From assembly GCA_963762565.1 (NCBI GenBank), contig CAVXLD010000010.1, positions 416,001-480,000 of the forward strand: a DNA stretch of 64,000 nt, given 5' to 3'. Below, piece by piece: positions 49,587-60,222 of the stretch. The notes beneath the pieces were generated by a model that saw only the letters and a list, made by a program, of their open reading frames with translations, ran no database searches and had not been told where the DNA came from. The translations under genes and the position numbers were made by a program. The number at the start of each line of letters is the position of its first letter. Within the stretch, counting starts at the first letter, position 1. The DNA is from an uncultured Verrucomicrobiae bacterium. GTDB taxonomy: Bacteria; Verrucomicrobiota; Verrucomicrobiia; Chthoniobacterales; JAFAMB01.

Positions 49587-50162
49587 TTACGCGGCAGACT
49601 CCTTGCCCGGCAGCTTACGGTCGCTGAACGGCACGCCGAGTTCGGTTAACAATGCCTTCGCCTCGTCATTCGTGTTAGCAGTGGTGACGATAGTAATATC
49701 AAAACCAATATTTCGCTTAATCTTATCCAATTCGACTTCAGGAAAAATCGCCTGGTCTTTTACCCCTAAGGTATAGTTGCCTTTACCGTCGAAAGACTTA
49801 GGTGAGATTCCGCGAAAATCTCGGATCCGGGGCAACGCCATGCGGATCAGGCGTTGCAGGAATTCGTACATCCGATCGCCACGCAATGTCACTTTCGCGC
49901 CAATGACCTGGTCTTTACGCAACTTGAAATTCGAAATGCTTTTCTTGGATTTCGTTTCCGTAGCCCGTTGGCCAGTGATCAGCCCAATCTCCGCCTTTGC
50001 TTCTTCCAAAGCCTGTTTTTGATCGGCCGAGTGTGTCGATACACAACTATTGATCACCACTTTCTCGACGCGTGGCACCTGGAAGACATTCTTGTACCCC
50101 AATCGCTCGCGAAGCGCCGGAACAACCCGTTCCTTGTACTCTTTATAAAGCTCGGCTTGCAT
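49587..50162 (-). CDS. rplE: 50S ribosomal protein L5
   Basis: LPRIRDFRG, FDGKGNY, IFPE. Confidence 0.98.
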   Translation of the reverse strand: MQAELYKEYKERVVPALRERLGYKNVFQVPRVEKVVINSCVSTHSADQKQALEEAKAEIGLITGQRATETKSKKSISNFKLRKDQVIGAKVTLRGDRMYEFLQRLIRMALPRIRDFRGISPKSFDGKGNYTLGVKDQAIFPEVELDKIKRNIGFDITIVTTANTNDEAKALLTELGVPFSDRKLPGKESAA

Positions 50163-50165
50163 AAC

Positions 50166-50432
50166 CTATTCCGCCTTACCTTTCTTCGTCCGTTTCGGGC
50201 GCGACTCCACAATCTTCACGTTGGAGATGTGGATGGGTCCTTCCCGAGTAACAATTGCGCCGTTCGGATTATCCTGCGATTTGCGAACGCTCTTCTTGAT
50301 CAGGCGCACTCCTTCTATCAGCACTTGCTGTTTCTTAGGTAACACTTGCAGGATCTTCCCTGTGGCTCCCCGATGGTTACCGGAGATAACCTGCACTTCG
50401 TCCCCTTTTTTCACGTGGAAACGCAGCTGCAT
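50166..50432 (-). CDS. rplX: 50S ribosomal protein L24
   Basis: [20 protein letters not shown]. Confidence 0.97.
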   Translation of the reverse strand: MQLRFHVKKGDEVQVISGNHRGATGKILQVLPKKQQVLIEGVRLIKKSVRKSQDNPNGAIVTREGPIHISNVKIVESRPKRTKKGKAE

Positions 50433-50797
50433 TATAGGACCTCCGGCGCCAACGAAATGATTTTCATGAAATTCTTTTCGCGGAGTTCACGCGCCACCGG
50501 CCCGAAGATACGAGTCCCTCGCGGATTGAGGTCCTTATCGATGATCACAATGGCGTTGTTATCAAATCGAAGGTAGGAACCATCGTCGCGTTTGACCGGT
50601 TGCCGGGTCCGCACCACCACCGCCCGAACCACGTCCCCTTTTTTGACCGCACCGTTTGAGGCTGCCTCTTTAACGTTGCAAGTAATTACATCGCCTACTC
50701 CCGCATAAAGAGTCGGTTTTCCGATGACGCCAATCATGGTCGCCATCCGCGCTCCAGTGTTATCGGCTACATCAAGCCGGGATCGAAGCTGAATCAT
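50432..50797 (-). CDS. rplN: 50S ribosomal protein L14
   Basis: MIQ...[27 protein letters not shown]. Confidence 0.98.
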   Translation of the reverse strand: MIQLRSRLDVADNTGARMATMIGVIGKPTLYAGVGDVITCNVKEAASNGAVKKGDVVRAVVVRTRQPVKRDDGSYLRFDNNAIVIIDKDLNPRGTRIFGPVARELREKNFMKIISLAPEVL

Positions 50798-50808
50798 CTG
50801 GTTCCTCC

Positions 50809-51129
50809 TTAGTGCTTTAGAACTTCGAGTAACTGCCAACGCTTCAGCCGGCTGAGCGGCCGGGTTTCTTGAATTCGAACCAGGTCGCCGACCTCGCATC
50901 GGTTTTCAGCATCGTGCGCGTAGAATTTCTTCGTCCGTTTCATGATCTTTCCGAACTTCGGATGTGGAACTCTGCGCACAACAGCAACGACGATGGTCTT
51001 GTCCATCTTATTGGAGACCACCTCCCCGACTCTAGTTTTCCGAAGATGCCGCTTCGGAACATCAGACTGCTGCGCCGGTTCTACGGGCGCCGTGGCAGTA
51101 CCTTCATTTGTTACAGTCTCTTCACTCAT
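50809..51129 (-). CDS. rpsQ: 30S ribosomal protein S17
   Basis: [17 protein letters not shown]; about 25-aa N-terminal extension. Confidence 0.97.
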   Translation of the reverse strand: MSEETVTNEGTATAPVEPAQQSDVPKRHLRKTRVGEVVSNKMDKTIVVAVVRRVPHPKFGKIMKRTKKFYAHDAENRCEVGDLVRIQETRPLSRLKRWQLLEVLKH

Positions 51130-51165
51130 GTCTGATTTCCTTCCCCGATTCGATTACCGGAATCG

Positions 51166-51369
51166 CTACTTGGCAGCGACCTTTCGATTTCGTTCGGTTA
51201 AAATTGTTTCGATCTGCGCCACCTCGCGGCGGTTGCTTCGGAGAACACTCGGCTTTTCGAGCGCACCCGACTGCTGCTGCAGACGCAAATTAAATATCTC
51301 CTTGCGGAGCTCATACCGGCGCCCGAAAAGCTCGTCGTTGCTCAGTTCGCGTAATTCTTTGATTTTCAT
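51166..51369 (-). CDS. rpmC: 50S ribosomal protein L29
   Basis: ELRELS, FNLRLQ, A.I.TIL; operon position. Confidence 0.95.
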   Translation of the reverse strand: MKIKELRELSNDELFGRRYELRKEIFNLRLQQQSGALEKPSVLRSNRREVAQIETILTERNRKVAAK

Positions 51370-51386
51370 CGCGTCAATCTCCCGAA

Positions 51387-51809
51387 CTAAGCGGCGATGG
51401 CATGCCGAGTTAGGAACCGGGTCCGGATGGGCAACTTGGTAGCCGCCAAACGAAGCGCTTCACGCGCAACCGACTCCGGTACACCATCGAGTTCAAAAAG
51501 AACGTTTCCCGGGCGAACCGTCGCCACCCAGAACTCTGGGTTTCCCTTTCCTTTACCCATTCGAGTCTCGGGCGGACGCTTAGTTACTGACTTGTCGGGA
51601 AAGATCTTAATCCAAAGCTTACCTTTTCTTTTCATGTGACGGGTTAATGCCACACGTGCCGCCTCGATCTGCGTACTCGTTATCCAGGCGCGCTCCAACG
51701 TCTGCAAAGCGTATTCGCCGAACGCGATCGACACATTGCGCGTCGCGTTTCCAGAGCGGCTGCCTCGTTGGTTTTTCCGGTATTTAACTCTTTTTGGTAA
51801 CAACGGCAT
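51387..51809 (-). CDS. rplP: 50S ribosomal protein L16
   Basis: [21 protein letters not shown]. Confidence 0.98.
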   Translation of the reverse strand: MPLLPKRVKYRKNQRGSRSGNATRNVSIAFGEYALQTLERAWITSTQIEAARVALTRHMKRKGKLWIKIFPDKSVTKRPPETRMGKGKGNPEFWVATVRPGNVLFELDGVPESVAREALRLAATKLPIRTRFLTRHAIAA

Positions 51810-51826
51810 AGGACTTCTCCTTCCCT

Positions 51827-52525
51827 CTAGCCTCTCCCATTAGGAACCGACGGCACCGGTCTCTCCGGTGCGTTCGACTTACGCTGCTCGGGCTCGGCTA
51901 CTGCTTCTGCCTTACAAATCCAGCATTTCACACCAATCTTGCCGTAAACGGTGTTGGCTTCCGCAAAGCCGTAATCGATCGGCGTGCGTAAAGTATGAAG
52001 CGGAATTTTACCTTCGCGATACCATTCGGCGCGGGAGATTTCGGCGCCTCCCAACCTTCCGGCACAACGGATCTTAACGCCTAAGGCGCCAAAGTCCCGG
52101 GTAGTCTGGACCGCTTTCTTCATCGCCCGTCGGAAAGAGATTCGGCGTTCGATCTGTAGCGCCACATTCTCAGCAACCAGCTGCGCATCCAATTCCGGCG
52201 TCTTGATTTCCTGAATATCTATTTTGACCTGTTTACCACCGGACATCCGGGTGATCTCGTCGGTCATGCGCTCAATTTCCGCGCCTTTCCGGCCGATGAC
52301 GATACCAGGTCGCGCTGTATAAATGGTTACGCGGATACTATTCCAGGCTCGCTCGATCAATACTTTTGAGACAGCCGCTAACGAAAGCTTCGTTTTAACG
52401 TAACGGCGAATCCGCAGGTCAGAATGCAGGAACTCCGGAAACTCTTTCGGAGACGCATACCAACGGGACCGCCAATCCTTATTTAGAACGAGACGAAATC
52501 CGATCGGATTAACTTTTTGTCCCAT
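51827..52525 (-). CDS. rpsC: 30S ribosomal protein S3
   Basis: [36 protein letters not shown]. Confidence 0.98.
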   Translation of the reverse strand: MGQKVNPIGFRLVLNKDWRSRWYASPKEFPEFLHSDLRIRRYVKTKLSLAAVSKVLIERAWNSIRVTIYTARPGIVIGRKGAEIERMTDEITRMSGGKQVKIDIQEIKTPELDAQLVAENVALQIERRISFRRAMKKAVQTTRDFGALGVKIRCAGRLGGAEISRAEWYREGKIPLHTLRTPIDYGFAEANTVYGKIGVKCWICKAEAVAEPEQRKSNAPERPVPSVPNGRG

Positions 52526-52528
52526 AAA

Positions 52529-53116
52529 TTACTCCTTCTGCTTCTCCTTTTTTGCCGATGATTGTCGCTTAGAGGCTTTCTCTTCCGTCGGGGCAGTCTC
52601 ACCTGCATCCGTCGATTCATCAGCGTCCTCCTTCGCCGTCTTCTTTGCAGCCGGCTTCCTATCGGAGGTTTTGCGAGTCGCTGGTGCTTTGGGCTCTGAC
52701 TTCACCTGGCCACCAACTTCCGCGGAGGAAGCCTCTTCCGCTGGTCGATTCTTGCGCGCCCGACCCGCTGGTGCGGCGGGCGCCAGTTCGTCTGCTAATA
52801 CAATCCGGATATGACTCGTTCGCTTCCGCAGAGGGCTCGCGCTTCCTCGGGCGCGAGCTCGGAAGCGTTTGAAAGTAGGACCTTCACCCACTACCGCCTC
52901 TTTCACCAACAAGGTATCAACCTTAAGATCGGCGTTGTTTTCCGCGTTCGCGATGGCGCTTTTCAAGGTCTTACGCACCATGGTCGCCGCCTTCTTAGGG
53001 CTGAACGTCAGGAGATCGAGTGCATCCGCAGCCGAACGGCCTTGGATTTCTCGAGTCACTTCCCGCGCTTTGAAGGCGGATATCCGAGCATAGCGGTAGG
53101 TGGATGTTACTTGCAT
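52529..53116 (-). CDS. rplV: 50S ribosomal protein L22 with charged C-terminal extension
   Basis: SAIANAENN, RARGSA...KRTSHI. Confidence 0.97.
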   Translation of the reverse strand: MQVTSTYRYARISAFKAREVTREIQGRSAADALDLLTFSPKKAATMVRKTLKSAIANAENNADLKVDTLLVKEAVVGEGPTFKRFRARARGSASPLRKRTSHIRIVLADELAPAAPAGRARKNRPAEEASSAEVGGQVKSEPKAPATRKTSDRKPAAKKTAKEDADESTDAGETAPTEEKASKRQSSAKKEKQKE

Positions 53117-53130
53117 TTCGTTTCTCCTAA

Positions 53131-53406
53131 CTACTTGGCCACCTTAGCCGTGTGCGCGCCGTGCTTCTTGAACTGACGCGTCGGCGAGAACTCGCCAAGT
53201 TTGTGTCCCACCATGTTCTCGGTAACGAACACGGAATTAAAAATCTTACCGTTATGAACCAGAAATGTATGACCAACGAAGTCCGGGGTAATCATCGACC
53301 GGCGAGACCAGGTCTTGATCGGCTTCTTCGGTCCCTGGCTCATCCTCTCGACTTTCTCGAGCAGCTTCGGCTCTACAAACGGGCCTTTCTTTAATGATCT
53401 ACCCAT
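53131..53406 (-). CDS. rpsS: 30S ribosomal protein S19
   Basis: [21 protein letters not shown]. Confidence 0.98.
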   Translation of the reverse strand: MGRSLKKGPFVEPKLLEKVERMSQGPKKPIKTWSRRSMITPDFVGHTFLVHNGKIFNSVFVTENMVGHKLGEFSPTRQFKKHGAHTAKVAK

Positions 53407-53409
53407 TGG

Positions 53410-54261
53410 TTATTTCTTATGCTTGTGGGGTTTGCGACGCTCCAAAATGAACGAATCGCTGGATTTATGCTTGCGGCGAGTTTTGAACCCTTTGGCTAGC
53501 TGGCCCCAGGGACTAACCGGATGATGCCGGCCTCCACCGCCTTTACTCTTGCCTTGACCGCCTCCCATCGGGTGATCGATCGGATTCATCGCCATTCCGC
53601 GAACGTGAGGCCGCCGTCCCAGCCAACGGGTTCGTCCAGCCTTCCCGCTCGAAACATTCATATGGTCGGTGTTCCCGACCTGTCCGATGGTTGCGTAAGC
53701 ATTCTCGTGGATCTTCCGGATTTCACCGGAGGGCATCCGCACCAGTGCGTAACCGGCTTCACGGTTATTGAGTACCGCCTGTTGGCCCGCGCTCCGCGCG
53801 ATTTGCCCGCCTCGGCCAGGGATAAGCTCTAGGTTGTGAACCACTGTTCCTAACGGGATCGCCTTCAACGGAAGCGCATTCCCAACTTCCGGAGGAACAT
53901 CGTCACCGGCAATCACCTTGGCCCCAACTTCCAACCCGTTCGGTGCCAAAATATAGCTTTTCTCTCCGGTCTTGTAGTTCAGCAAGGCTATCCGAGCTGA
54001 CCGATTCGGATCATACTCGATCGCCTCAACGGTTGCTTCAACACCACGCAGCCGCCGTTTGAAATCAATGATGCGATATTTCCGCTTGTGCCCGCCACCA
54101 ATGTGCCGGGAAGTTAGCCGACCGCGGTTGTTTCGGCCGCCCGTCCTCTTTAACGGCTCAACCAAAGACCTCTCCGGATGATCTTTAGTAATATCGTCGT
54201 AGGCAGACGTCTGCTTGAACCGTTGAGTCGGGGTCAGGGGTCTAAAAGTCTTCAGTGCCAT
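53410..54261 (-). CDS. rplB: 50S ribosomal protein L2
   Basis: [31 protein letters not shown]. Confidence 0.98.
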   Translation of the reverse strand: MALKTFRPLTPTQRFKQTSAYDDITKDHPERSLVEPLKRTGGRNNRGRLTSRHIGGGHKRKYRIIDFKRRLRGVEATVEAIEYDPNRSARIALLNYKTGEKSYILAPNGLEVGAKVIAGDDVPPEVGNALPLKAIPLGTVVHNLELIPGRGGQIARSAGQQAVLNNREAGYALVRMPSGEIRKIHENAYATIGQVGNTDHMNVSSGKAGRTRWLGRRPHVRGMAMNPIDHPMGGGQGKSKGGGGRHHPVSPWGQLAKGFKTRRKHKSSDSFILERRKPHKHKK

Positions 54262-54274
54262 TGTCAGTTACTCC

Positions 54275-54559
54275 CTAAGCAAGCTCGATTTTCTCGCCCT
54301 CGGCCAGCGTCACCACTGCCTTCTTCCAGTGAGCTTTCCGACCAAAGTCAGCGCGGCGTTCTCGCTTCTTTTTGCCGGCGTATTGAGCGGTATTGACCCG
54401 GACCACTTTCTTCCCAAAGAGCTTCTCTATCGCCTGCTTTATCTCAATTTTATTGGCGTCGGTAGCAACTCGAAACACGTACTGATTGTTTCGTTCCCCA
54501 AGCAGACTGGCTTTTTCGGTGAGCCGAATATTGGAAATGATTTGGATCGGTTCCTTCAT
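54275..54559 (-). CDS. rplW: 50S ribosomal protein L23
   Basis: TEKA, ANKIEIK.A.E.LF, WKKAVVTL. Confidence 0.97.
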   Translation of the reverse strand: MKEPIQIISNIRLTEKASLLGERNNQYVFRVATDANKIEIKQAIEKLFGKKVVRVNTAQYAGKKKRERRADFGRKAHWKKAVVTLAEGEKIELA

Positions 54560-55164
54560 GATACCCTCTCCGAGAGCTTGGTCAGCGCGTCTTTGGTAAC
54601 GATGATTTTGCGAAACGCGAGCAACTGCTCGGTATTAACTTCACCTACGGTATTGAGCAGAACCGGACGCAGGTTCCTGGCCGCGCGATAGGTTTCCGGG
54701 GTGTACTGTTCGGCTATAACTAACACCCGCTCCTCCTCGGTCAGCGATTGTAACAGCTTAACGAAATTCTTGGTCTTAGGTTCTTTCACGGTGATCTCGT
54801 CAGCGACGAGCACATCGCCGCCCAGAATGCGAGCGCTCAATGCCTTTAGGAACGCGAGCTTCCGTACGCGCTTGCTGACTTTCTTAGAATAGTCCCGAGG
54901 CTTAGGTCCGAAGACGACACCACCACCCGTCCAGATCGGAGAAGAAGTGTAACCGGCGCGAGCCCGTCCGGTCCCTTTCTGTCGCCACGGTTTCTTTCCG
55001 GAAGCGGTTACCTCAGCCTTTGTCTTGGTGTTGGCAGTTCCGCTGCGGCGATTCGCCCGCAACGCCACCACCACGTCATGTACGGCTTGTGTTCCACGGC
55101 CATTCTCGATGATCGAAATATTGGCCTTTTTTGCGGCTTCTACTGTAAGGACGGTTGCGCTCAT
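54556..55164 (-). CDS. rplD: 50S ribosomal protein L4
   Basis: KPWRQKGTGRARAG, GGGVVFGPKPR. Confidence 0.98.
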   Translation of the reverse strand: MSATVLTVEAAKKANISIIENGRGTQAVHDVVVALRANRRSGTANTKTKAEVTASGKKPWRQKGTGRARAGYTSSPIWTGGGVVFGPKPRDYSKKVSKRVRKLAFLKALSARILGGDVLVADEITVKEPKTKNFVKLLQSLTEEERVLVIAEQYTPETYRAARNLRPVLLNTVGEVNTEQLLAFRKIIVTKDALTKLSERVS

Positions 55165-55811
55165 TGTTCCTTGGCCTCAGTCGATTTCTTCTTGGCTGGC
55201 CGAACGACCACGTAACTACCGTTTGCGCCTGGCACTGCTCCCGAAACTAAGATCACGTTTTCCTCGCCTCTGACCTGAACCACTCGGAGGTTTTGCACCG
55301 TTACCCGGTCATCACCGAGGTGTCCCGGCATCCCCATGTTCTTCCAAACCCGCCCAGGGGTGGATCGGTTGCCGATGGCGCCATTCCGGCGATGCATCTT
55401 TGAACCGTGCGCAGCCGGCTGGCCGGCGAAATGGTGCTTCTTAACTACCCCTTGAAATCCCTTACCCTTGGATCTCCCGATGATGTCGACAAACTCGCCC
55501 GGCTGGAATTGGTTCACGCTTAAGTCGACATCCCCGGTGACCTGCGCCCCGTCCGCTAAACGGAATTCCCGGAGCAATTTCTTCGGTTCGACTCCCGCCT
55601 TTTTAAGGTGACCGAGCTCAGCCTTATTTAGCCGGGATTCTTTCTGAGTTTCGAAGCCAACCTGGACAGCGCTATACCCTTCTTTTTCCACCGTCTTTAC
55701 CTGCACGAGCGAATTACCCTCTGCCTCGATAACGGTCACCGGCGTAGCCTTACCATTCGAGTCGTAGACTCGGGTCATGCCCACTTTTCGTCCTAAAAGT
55801 CCTATTTTCAT
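55161..55811 (-). CDS. rplC: 50S ribosomal protein L3
   Basis: KVGMT, SKGKGFQG, GAVPG. Confidence 0.98.
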   Translation of the reverse strand: MKIGLLGRKVGMTRVYDSNGKATPVTVIEAEGNSLVQVKTVEKEGYSAVQVGFETQKESRLNKAELGHLKKAGVEPKKLLREFRLADGAQVTGDVDLSVNQFQPGEFVDIIGRSKGKGFQGVVKKHHFAGQPAAHGSKMHRRNGAIGNRSTPGRVWKNMGMPGHLGDDRVTVQNLRVVQVRGEENVILVSGAVPGANGSYVVVRPAKKKSTEAKEQ

Positions 55812-55828
55812 CGGAGGGGAAACCTGGC

Positions 55829-56140
55829 TCAGATTTTAATGGTAATATCGACGCCGGCCGGAAGGTTCAGCTTCCGAAGCTCGTCCACGGTTTTCGCCGT
55901 TGGTTCAATGATGTCCAAAAGGCGTTTGTGCGTGCGCATCTCAAATTGGTCCATCGACTTTTTGTCGACGTGAGGTGAGCGGTTTACCGTAAATTTCTCG
56001 ATCTTGGTCGGTAATGGGATCGGACCGGCAACTTTTGCGCCGGTCCGTTTTGCTGTCTCCACAATCTCGACGGCCGATTGATCGAGCATGCGATAATCGT
56101 AGCCTTTAAGCCGGATGCGGATGCGCTGGCCGTTTGCCAT
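55829..56140 (-). CDS. rpsJ: 30S ribosomal protein S10
   Basis: [25 protein letters not shown]. Confidence 0.98.
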   Translation of the reverse strand: MANGQRIRIRLKGYDYRMLDQSAVEIVETAKRTGAKVAGPIPLPTKIEKFTVNRSPHVDKKSMDQFEMRTHKRLLDIIEPTAKTVDELRKLNLPAGVDITIKI

Positions 56141-56141
56141 G

Positions 56142-58316
56142 TTAAGCTCCTTTCTGGTCCAAGACTGCCGCTACAATTTGGGCAGGGACCTGTTCGAAAT
56201 GCGACGGTTCCATTGTGTAGGAAGCACGTCCTTTGGATAGAGAACGAATCGCAGTCGCGTAGCCGAACATTTCGGCCAGGGGAACTTCTGCGTGTACAAC
56301 CGTAGCGAAATCCTTGGCTTCCATACTCATGATCCGGCCGCGGCGACGGTTAAGATCGCCCATGATGTCTCCCTGATATTCATCGGGGGTGACACACTCG
56401 ACCTTCATGATCGGCTCCAGCAGGATCGAAGTGCCTCTCTTAAAAGCGTCCTTCATCGCAAAAATTGCGGCCAGCTTAAAGGCCAGCTCGTTCGAATCGA
56501 CGTCGTGGTAAGAACCATCAATAATCTCGACATGAAGGTCGATCACTGGATATCCGCCCAGCACGCCGTTTAGGACCGCTTCTTCGATCCCTTTCTTAAC
56601 CGCAGGGATGTATTCCTTCGGAATCGTACCGCCAACAACCTTGTTTTCGATCTCGATTCCTTTACCTCGCTCGCGGGGCTCGACGTTAACGATCACGTGA
56701 CCGTATTGACCGCGACCGCCCGACTGTTTGATGAGTTTGCCTTCGCCGGTCGCGCTCTTGGTGATCGTCTCGCGATAGGCGATCTGCGGTTTGCCCGCAT
56801 TCGCGTCCACCTTGAACTCGCGCAGCATCCGGTCCCGAATAATTTCCAGGTGCAATTCACCCATACCGGCAATGATCGTCTGGCCGGTATCTTCATTGGT
56901 GTAGACTCGGAAAGTCGGGTCCTCTTCTGCCAAACGCTGAAGTGCGGTGGCCATTTTTTCTTGGTCCAGCTTTGTTTTGGGCTCGATCGCCATCGAGATA
57001 ACTGGATCCGGGAATGACGGGGGCTCTAACAAGATCGGATCATCTTCGTCGCACAGAGTATCCCCGGTGGTGATGTTCCTGATCCCGACAATCGCGGCGA
57101 TATCGCCTGAATAACAGGTCTCGATGTCTTCGCGTTTGTCTGCCTGAATCTGGATCAACCGGCTAATTCGCTCGCGTTTACTCGTTCGCGGATTAAAAAC
57201 GGTGTCTCCTTTAGAAAGCTTGCCTGAATAGACTCGGAAAAAGACCAATTTACCAACAAAGGGGTCGCTCCAGAGCTTAAACGCCAAGGAACAAAACGTG
57301 GCGTTATCGTCAGTTACCGCTTCCTTTTCCGCGTCGGTATCCGGGTCGATACCTTTCGCCGGAGCGATGTCGATCGGGCTCGGCAAATAATCGATGACCG
57401 CGTCAACCAGGTATTGGACACCTTTATTCTTAAAGGCCGAACCGCCCGCTACTGGGACAAACTTATTGGCGATGGTGAGGCGACGAATGCCTGCTTTGAG
57501 ATCTTTGGCCGTAACCGGCTTCTCCTCCAAGAAAAGTGTCCCAACTTCGTCATCGAGGTTAGCCACTTGCTCAACCAAGTCCGCGTATGCGTTATCGACT
57601 AGCTCTTTATATTCAGCGGGGACCTCGGCGATTTCATAGGTCGACCCAAATTGATCGTTATCGGAGTAGAGAATCGCTTTCTTATTAACGACATCGAGTT
57701 GGCCATGAAGGTGATCTTCTTTGCCCAACGGGATCAAGACTGGCCACGCGTTCGCGCCCAGCTTCTTGCGCATCTCGCTGACCACGTTATCAAAGTTAGC
57801 GCCGACGCGGTCCATCTTGTTAACAAACGAGATTCGCGGCACATGATATTTGTTGGCTTGGCGCCACACCGTTTCGGTCTGCGGCTGCACTCCGGCTACG
57901 CTATCGAAAACCAAGATCGCCCCGTCCAAAACGCGCAGAGACCGTTCGACTTCAGCAGTGAAATCGACGTGGCCGGGAGTATCAATGATGTTAACCCGCA
58001 GTTTTTGGCCCTCGAAGAGCTTGAACACGCCCGCCTCCCGACGCTGGTTCCAAAAACAAGTAGTCGCTGCCGAGGTAATCGTAATCCCCCGCTCGCGTTC
58101 CTGTTCCATCCAGTCGGTAACCGTATTCCCTTCATGGACCTCCCCGATCTTATGGATCATGCCGGTATAAAACAGAATTCGTTCTGTTAAAGTCGTCTTG
58201 CCGGCATCAATGTGCGCACTAATCCCGATATTCCGGGTCCGCTCGAGCGGATACGCCCTATTTGGCGAATTCGGATTCGTCATAGCTTCGGCCCTTTCTA
58301 AAGCTTGAGTTGACAT
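56142..58316 (-). CDS. fusA: Elongation factor G
   Basis: [33 protein letters not shown]. Confidence 0.98.
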   Translation of the reverse strand: MSTQALERAEAMTNPNSPNRAYPLERTRNIGISAHIDAGKTTLTERILFYTGMIHKIGEVHEGNTVTDWMEQERERGITITSAATTCFWNQRREAGVFKLFEGQKLRVNIIDTPGHVDFTAEVERSLRVLDGAILVFDSVAGVQPQTETVWRQANKYHVPRISFVNKMDRVGANFDNVVSEMRKKLGANAWPVLIPLGKEDHLHGQLDVVNKKAILYSDNDQFGSTYEIAEVPAEYKELVDNAYADLVEQVANLDDEVGTLFLEEKPVTAKDLKAGIRRLTIANKFVPVAGGSAFKNKGVQYLVDAVIDYLPSPIDIAPAKGIDPDTDAEKEAVTDDNATFCSLAFKLWSDPFVGKLVFFRVYSGKLSKGDTVFNPRTSKRERISRLIQIQADKREDIETCYSGDIAAIVGIRNITTGDTLCDEDDPILLEPPSFPDPVISMAIEPKTKLDQEKMATALQRLAEEDPTFRVYTNEDTGQTIIAGMGELHLEIIRDRMLREFKVDANAGKPQIAYRETITKSATGEGKLIKQSGGRGQYGHVIVNVEPRERGKGIEIENKVVGGTIPKEYIPAVKKGIEEAVLNGVLGGYPVIDLHVEIIDGSYHDVDSNELAFKLAAIFAMKDAFKRGTSILLEPIMKVECVTPDEYQGDIMGDLNRRRGRIMSMEAKDFATVVHAEVPLAEMFGYATAIRSLSKGRASYTMEPSHFEQVPAQIVAAVLDQKGA

Positions 58317-58321
58317 AAGAC

Positions 58322-58792
58322 CTACCAACGGAAATGAGCGAACGCTCGATTGGCCTGAGCCATCTTATGCGTGTCGTCTCTCTTTTTTATTGCATTACCT
58401 TGCCCTGAGGCGGCGTCTTTAAGTTCTGCCGCTAAATTGTCAACCATAGTCCCACGACGATTCTTCGCGAAATTGACGATCCAACGCATCGCCAGAGACA
58501 CCTGACGGTCCGTGGAAACTTCGATTGGCACCTGATAGGTCGCGCCACCGACCCGGCGTGACTTTACTTCTAGACGCGGCTTCGAGTTGTCCAGTGCCTT
58601 GTGTAGCGTGTCCAAAGGATCAACCGCATCCGACCCTTCCCGGCTCTTTTCAATCGCCTGATACACGATGCGTTCGGCCAACGATTTCTTGCCGTTACGC
58701 ATCACGGTATCGATCAACCGGGCAACTACCGGGCTGCCGTATCGGCTATCAACCTTGAACTCCTTATGAATGACTCTGCGACGACGAGACAT
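58322..58792 (-). CDS. rpsG: 30S ribosomal protein S7
   Basis: [27 protein letters not shown]. Confidence 0.98.
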   Translation of the reverse strand: MSRRRRVIHKEFKVDSRYGSPVVARLIDTVMRNGKKSLAERIVYQAIEKSREGSDAVDPLDTLHKALDNSKPRLEVKSRRVGGATYQVPIEVSTDRQVSLAMRWIVNFAKNRRGTMVDNLAAELKDAASGQGNAIKKRDDTHKMAQANRAFAHFRW

Positions 58793-58810
58793 AACGTTAT
58801 TAGATGAGCT

Positions 58811-59218
58811 TTACTTTTTCTTGCCTTTACCGGCGTCAGCCGCGCCTTCTTTGGGCCGCTTGGCCCCGTACTTGGAACGACTCCGTCTTCTGCCGTCGAC
58901 TCCTAAACTATCTAAGGTGCCTCGCACAATGTGGTAACGAACACCGGGCAAATCTTTAACGCGTCCACCTCTTACCAACACAATCGAATGCTCCTGCAAA
59001 TTGTGCCCCTCGCCCGGAATATAAGCGATCACTTCGTAGCCATTCGTAAGTCGGACCTTGGCGACCTTCCGAAGCGCCGAGTTTGGTTTCTTCGGTGTCC
59101 GCGTCATCACTTGAACACAAACGCCGCGTCGCTGCGGACAGTCAGCCAGGGCTGGCGACTTCGACTTGACCGCCATCTTTCTGCGACCTTTTCGGACAAG
59201 CTGATTAATTGTTGGCAT
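58811..59218 (-). CDS. rpsL: 30S ribosomal protein S12
   Basis: [29 protein letters not shown]. Confidence 0.98.
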   Translation of the reverse strand: MPTINQLVRKGRRKMAVKSKSPALADCPQRRGVCVQVMTRTPKKPNSALRKVAKVRLTNGYEVIAYIPGEGHNLQEHSIVLVRGGRVKDLPGVRYHIVRGTLDSLGVDGRRRSRSKYGAKRPKEGAADAGKGKKK

Positions 59219-59302
59219 TCGTTTAAAAAATTCGGTTATTCCCCTGCTTTCGGGACTAAAAAAGCCGCCCTGGTACGAACCACCAGACGCGGGGGAGCGT
59301 GG

Positions 59303-59330
59303 ACTATATAATTTTTCCACCCCCACGCAA
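59303..59330 (-). promoter_or_regulatory. Putative sigma-70 promoter of the str/S10 superoperon
   Basis: TTGCGT-N16-TATAGT about 85 nt upstream of the rpsL ATG. Confidence 0.55.
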
Positions 59331-59438
59331 GAGTTTTTTAGGCGATTTCCCTTGTGGAACGCGTCGTACGCCGACCCAGAATAGCCCACAGTCCACCGCC
59401 TGTCCATGCGAGTCGCCTCGCTTGCGAGACCGATGGTA

Positions 59439-59515
59439 GGTAGGGCGAAAGACTCGGCGCGCCCAAGGCATCGCTTATATTTTTCGCTGCGGCCCGCCGA
59501 GTTTTTCGCCCTACC
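59439..59515. repeat. Family D short (77-nt) REP hairpin, preceded by a CCTCGCTTGCGAG unit
   Basis: ggtagggcgaaagactcggcg...cgccgagtttttcgccctacc. Confidence 0.88.
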
Positions 59516-59616
59516 GAGCACGCCTTGTCGCCGTTTCGCCCTCTCGTCCCTTCGCCGTTTCACCGTTTCGCAGTTTCTTGTTAGCCGGTGTGCTTTATGC
59601 TCTTAGTCCAGACTGA

Positions 59617-60027
59617 ATGAAAATCCATGTGGAAAGACAAATCACGGTCGCGCTTGCGAATCAGCCAGGCCAACTCGCAGCGATCTGCAAGCTGCTGAGC
59701 ACCCATGCGATTAATATCGAGGCTCTGTCGCTGGTCGACAGTCTCGAACAAGGGGTGGTAAGACTCCTCACCAGCGACCCCGAATCCTGCAAAAAGATCC
59801 TCCAATCGAGCGGTTTTTATGTGATCGACGGAGAAGTCCTGGTCCTGGATCTATTTGATCGCCTTGGCAAACTGTCCGAAATCACGGCCGTTCTAGCTGA
59901 GGCCAAAGTAAACGTCGATTACGTCTACGGTAGCGTAGAACATCCCGGCTCCCCAATACGACTGGTACTAAGGGCCAGCGACACCACCCGAGCACATACG
60001 TTATTGAGTGCGCTGGCAGATGTTTAA
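59617..60027 (+). CDS. ACT domain-containing protein (tandem ACT)
   Basis: NQPGQLA...INIEAL and DRLGKL...VNVDYVY. Confidence 0.88.
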   Translation: MKIHVERQITVALANQPGQLAAICKLLSTHAINIEALSLVDSLEQGVVRLLTSDPESCKKILQSSGFYVIDGEVLVLDLFDRLGKLSEITAVLAEAKVNVDYVYGSVEHPGSPIRLVLRASDTTRAHTLLSALADV

Positions 60028-60182
60028 CGCCGGCAACGCCGTGATCGCCGACAACGCCGGCATCGGATCCTCGATTCGATGCCTCAACGAAGCAAAAGCG
60101 ATCTCTAGGCGGACAAGTAAGGCCGAACCCAGAGCCATTCGTTCCCGGCGATGGCGGCGCTCGCGACGTTGCCGGCGTTAAA
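60023..60182. repeat. Family M (AACGCCGGC)n inverted element
   Basis: Perfect 16-bp IR tttaacgccggcaacg / cgttgccggcgttaaa; contains the ACT gene stop. Confidence 0.82.
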
Positions 60183-60218
60183 AAGGGAGGCCGGTTGGAC
60201 TTTGGCCCAACCAGCCTC
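60179..60218 (-). terminator. Intrinsic terminator of rnpB
   Basis: gaggctggttgg..ccaaccggcctc hairpin followed by cc and a U-run on the minus strand. Confidence 0.7.
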
Positions 60219-60222
60219 GTTT

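Noticed and set aside
59219..59563. 115-aa N-terminal extension of S12 in the ORF track
   Set aside because: It reads through repeats and the promoter; canonical MPTINQL starts at 59218.
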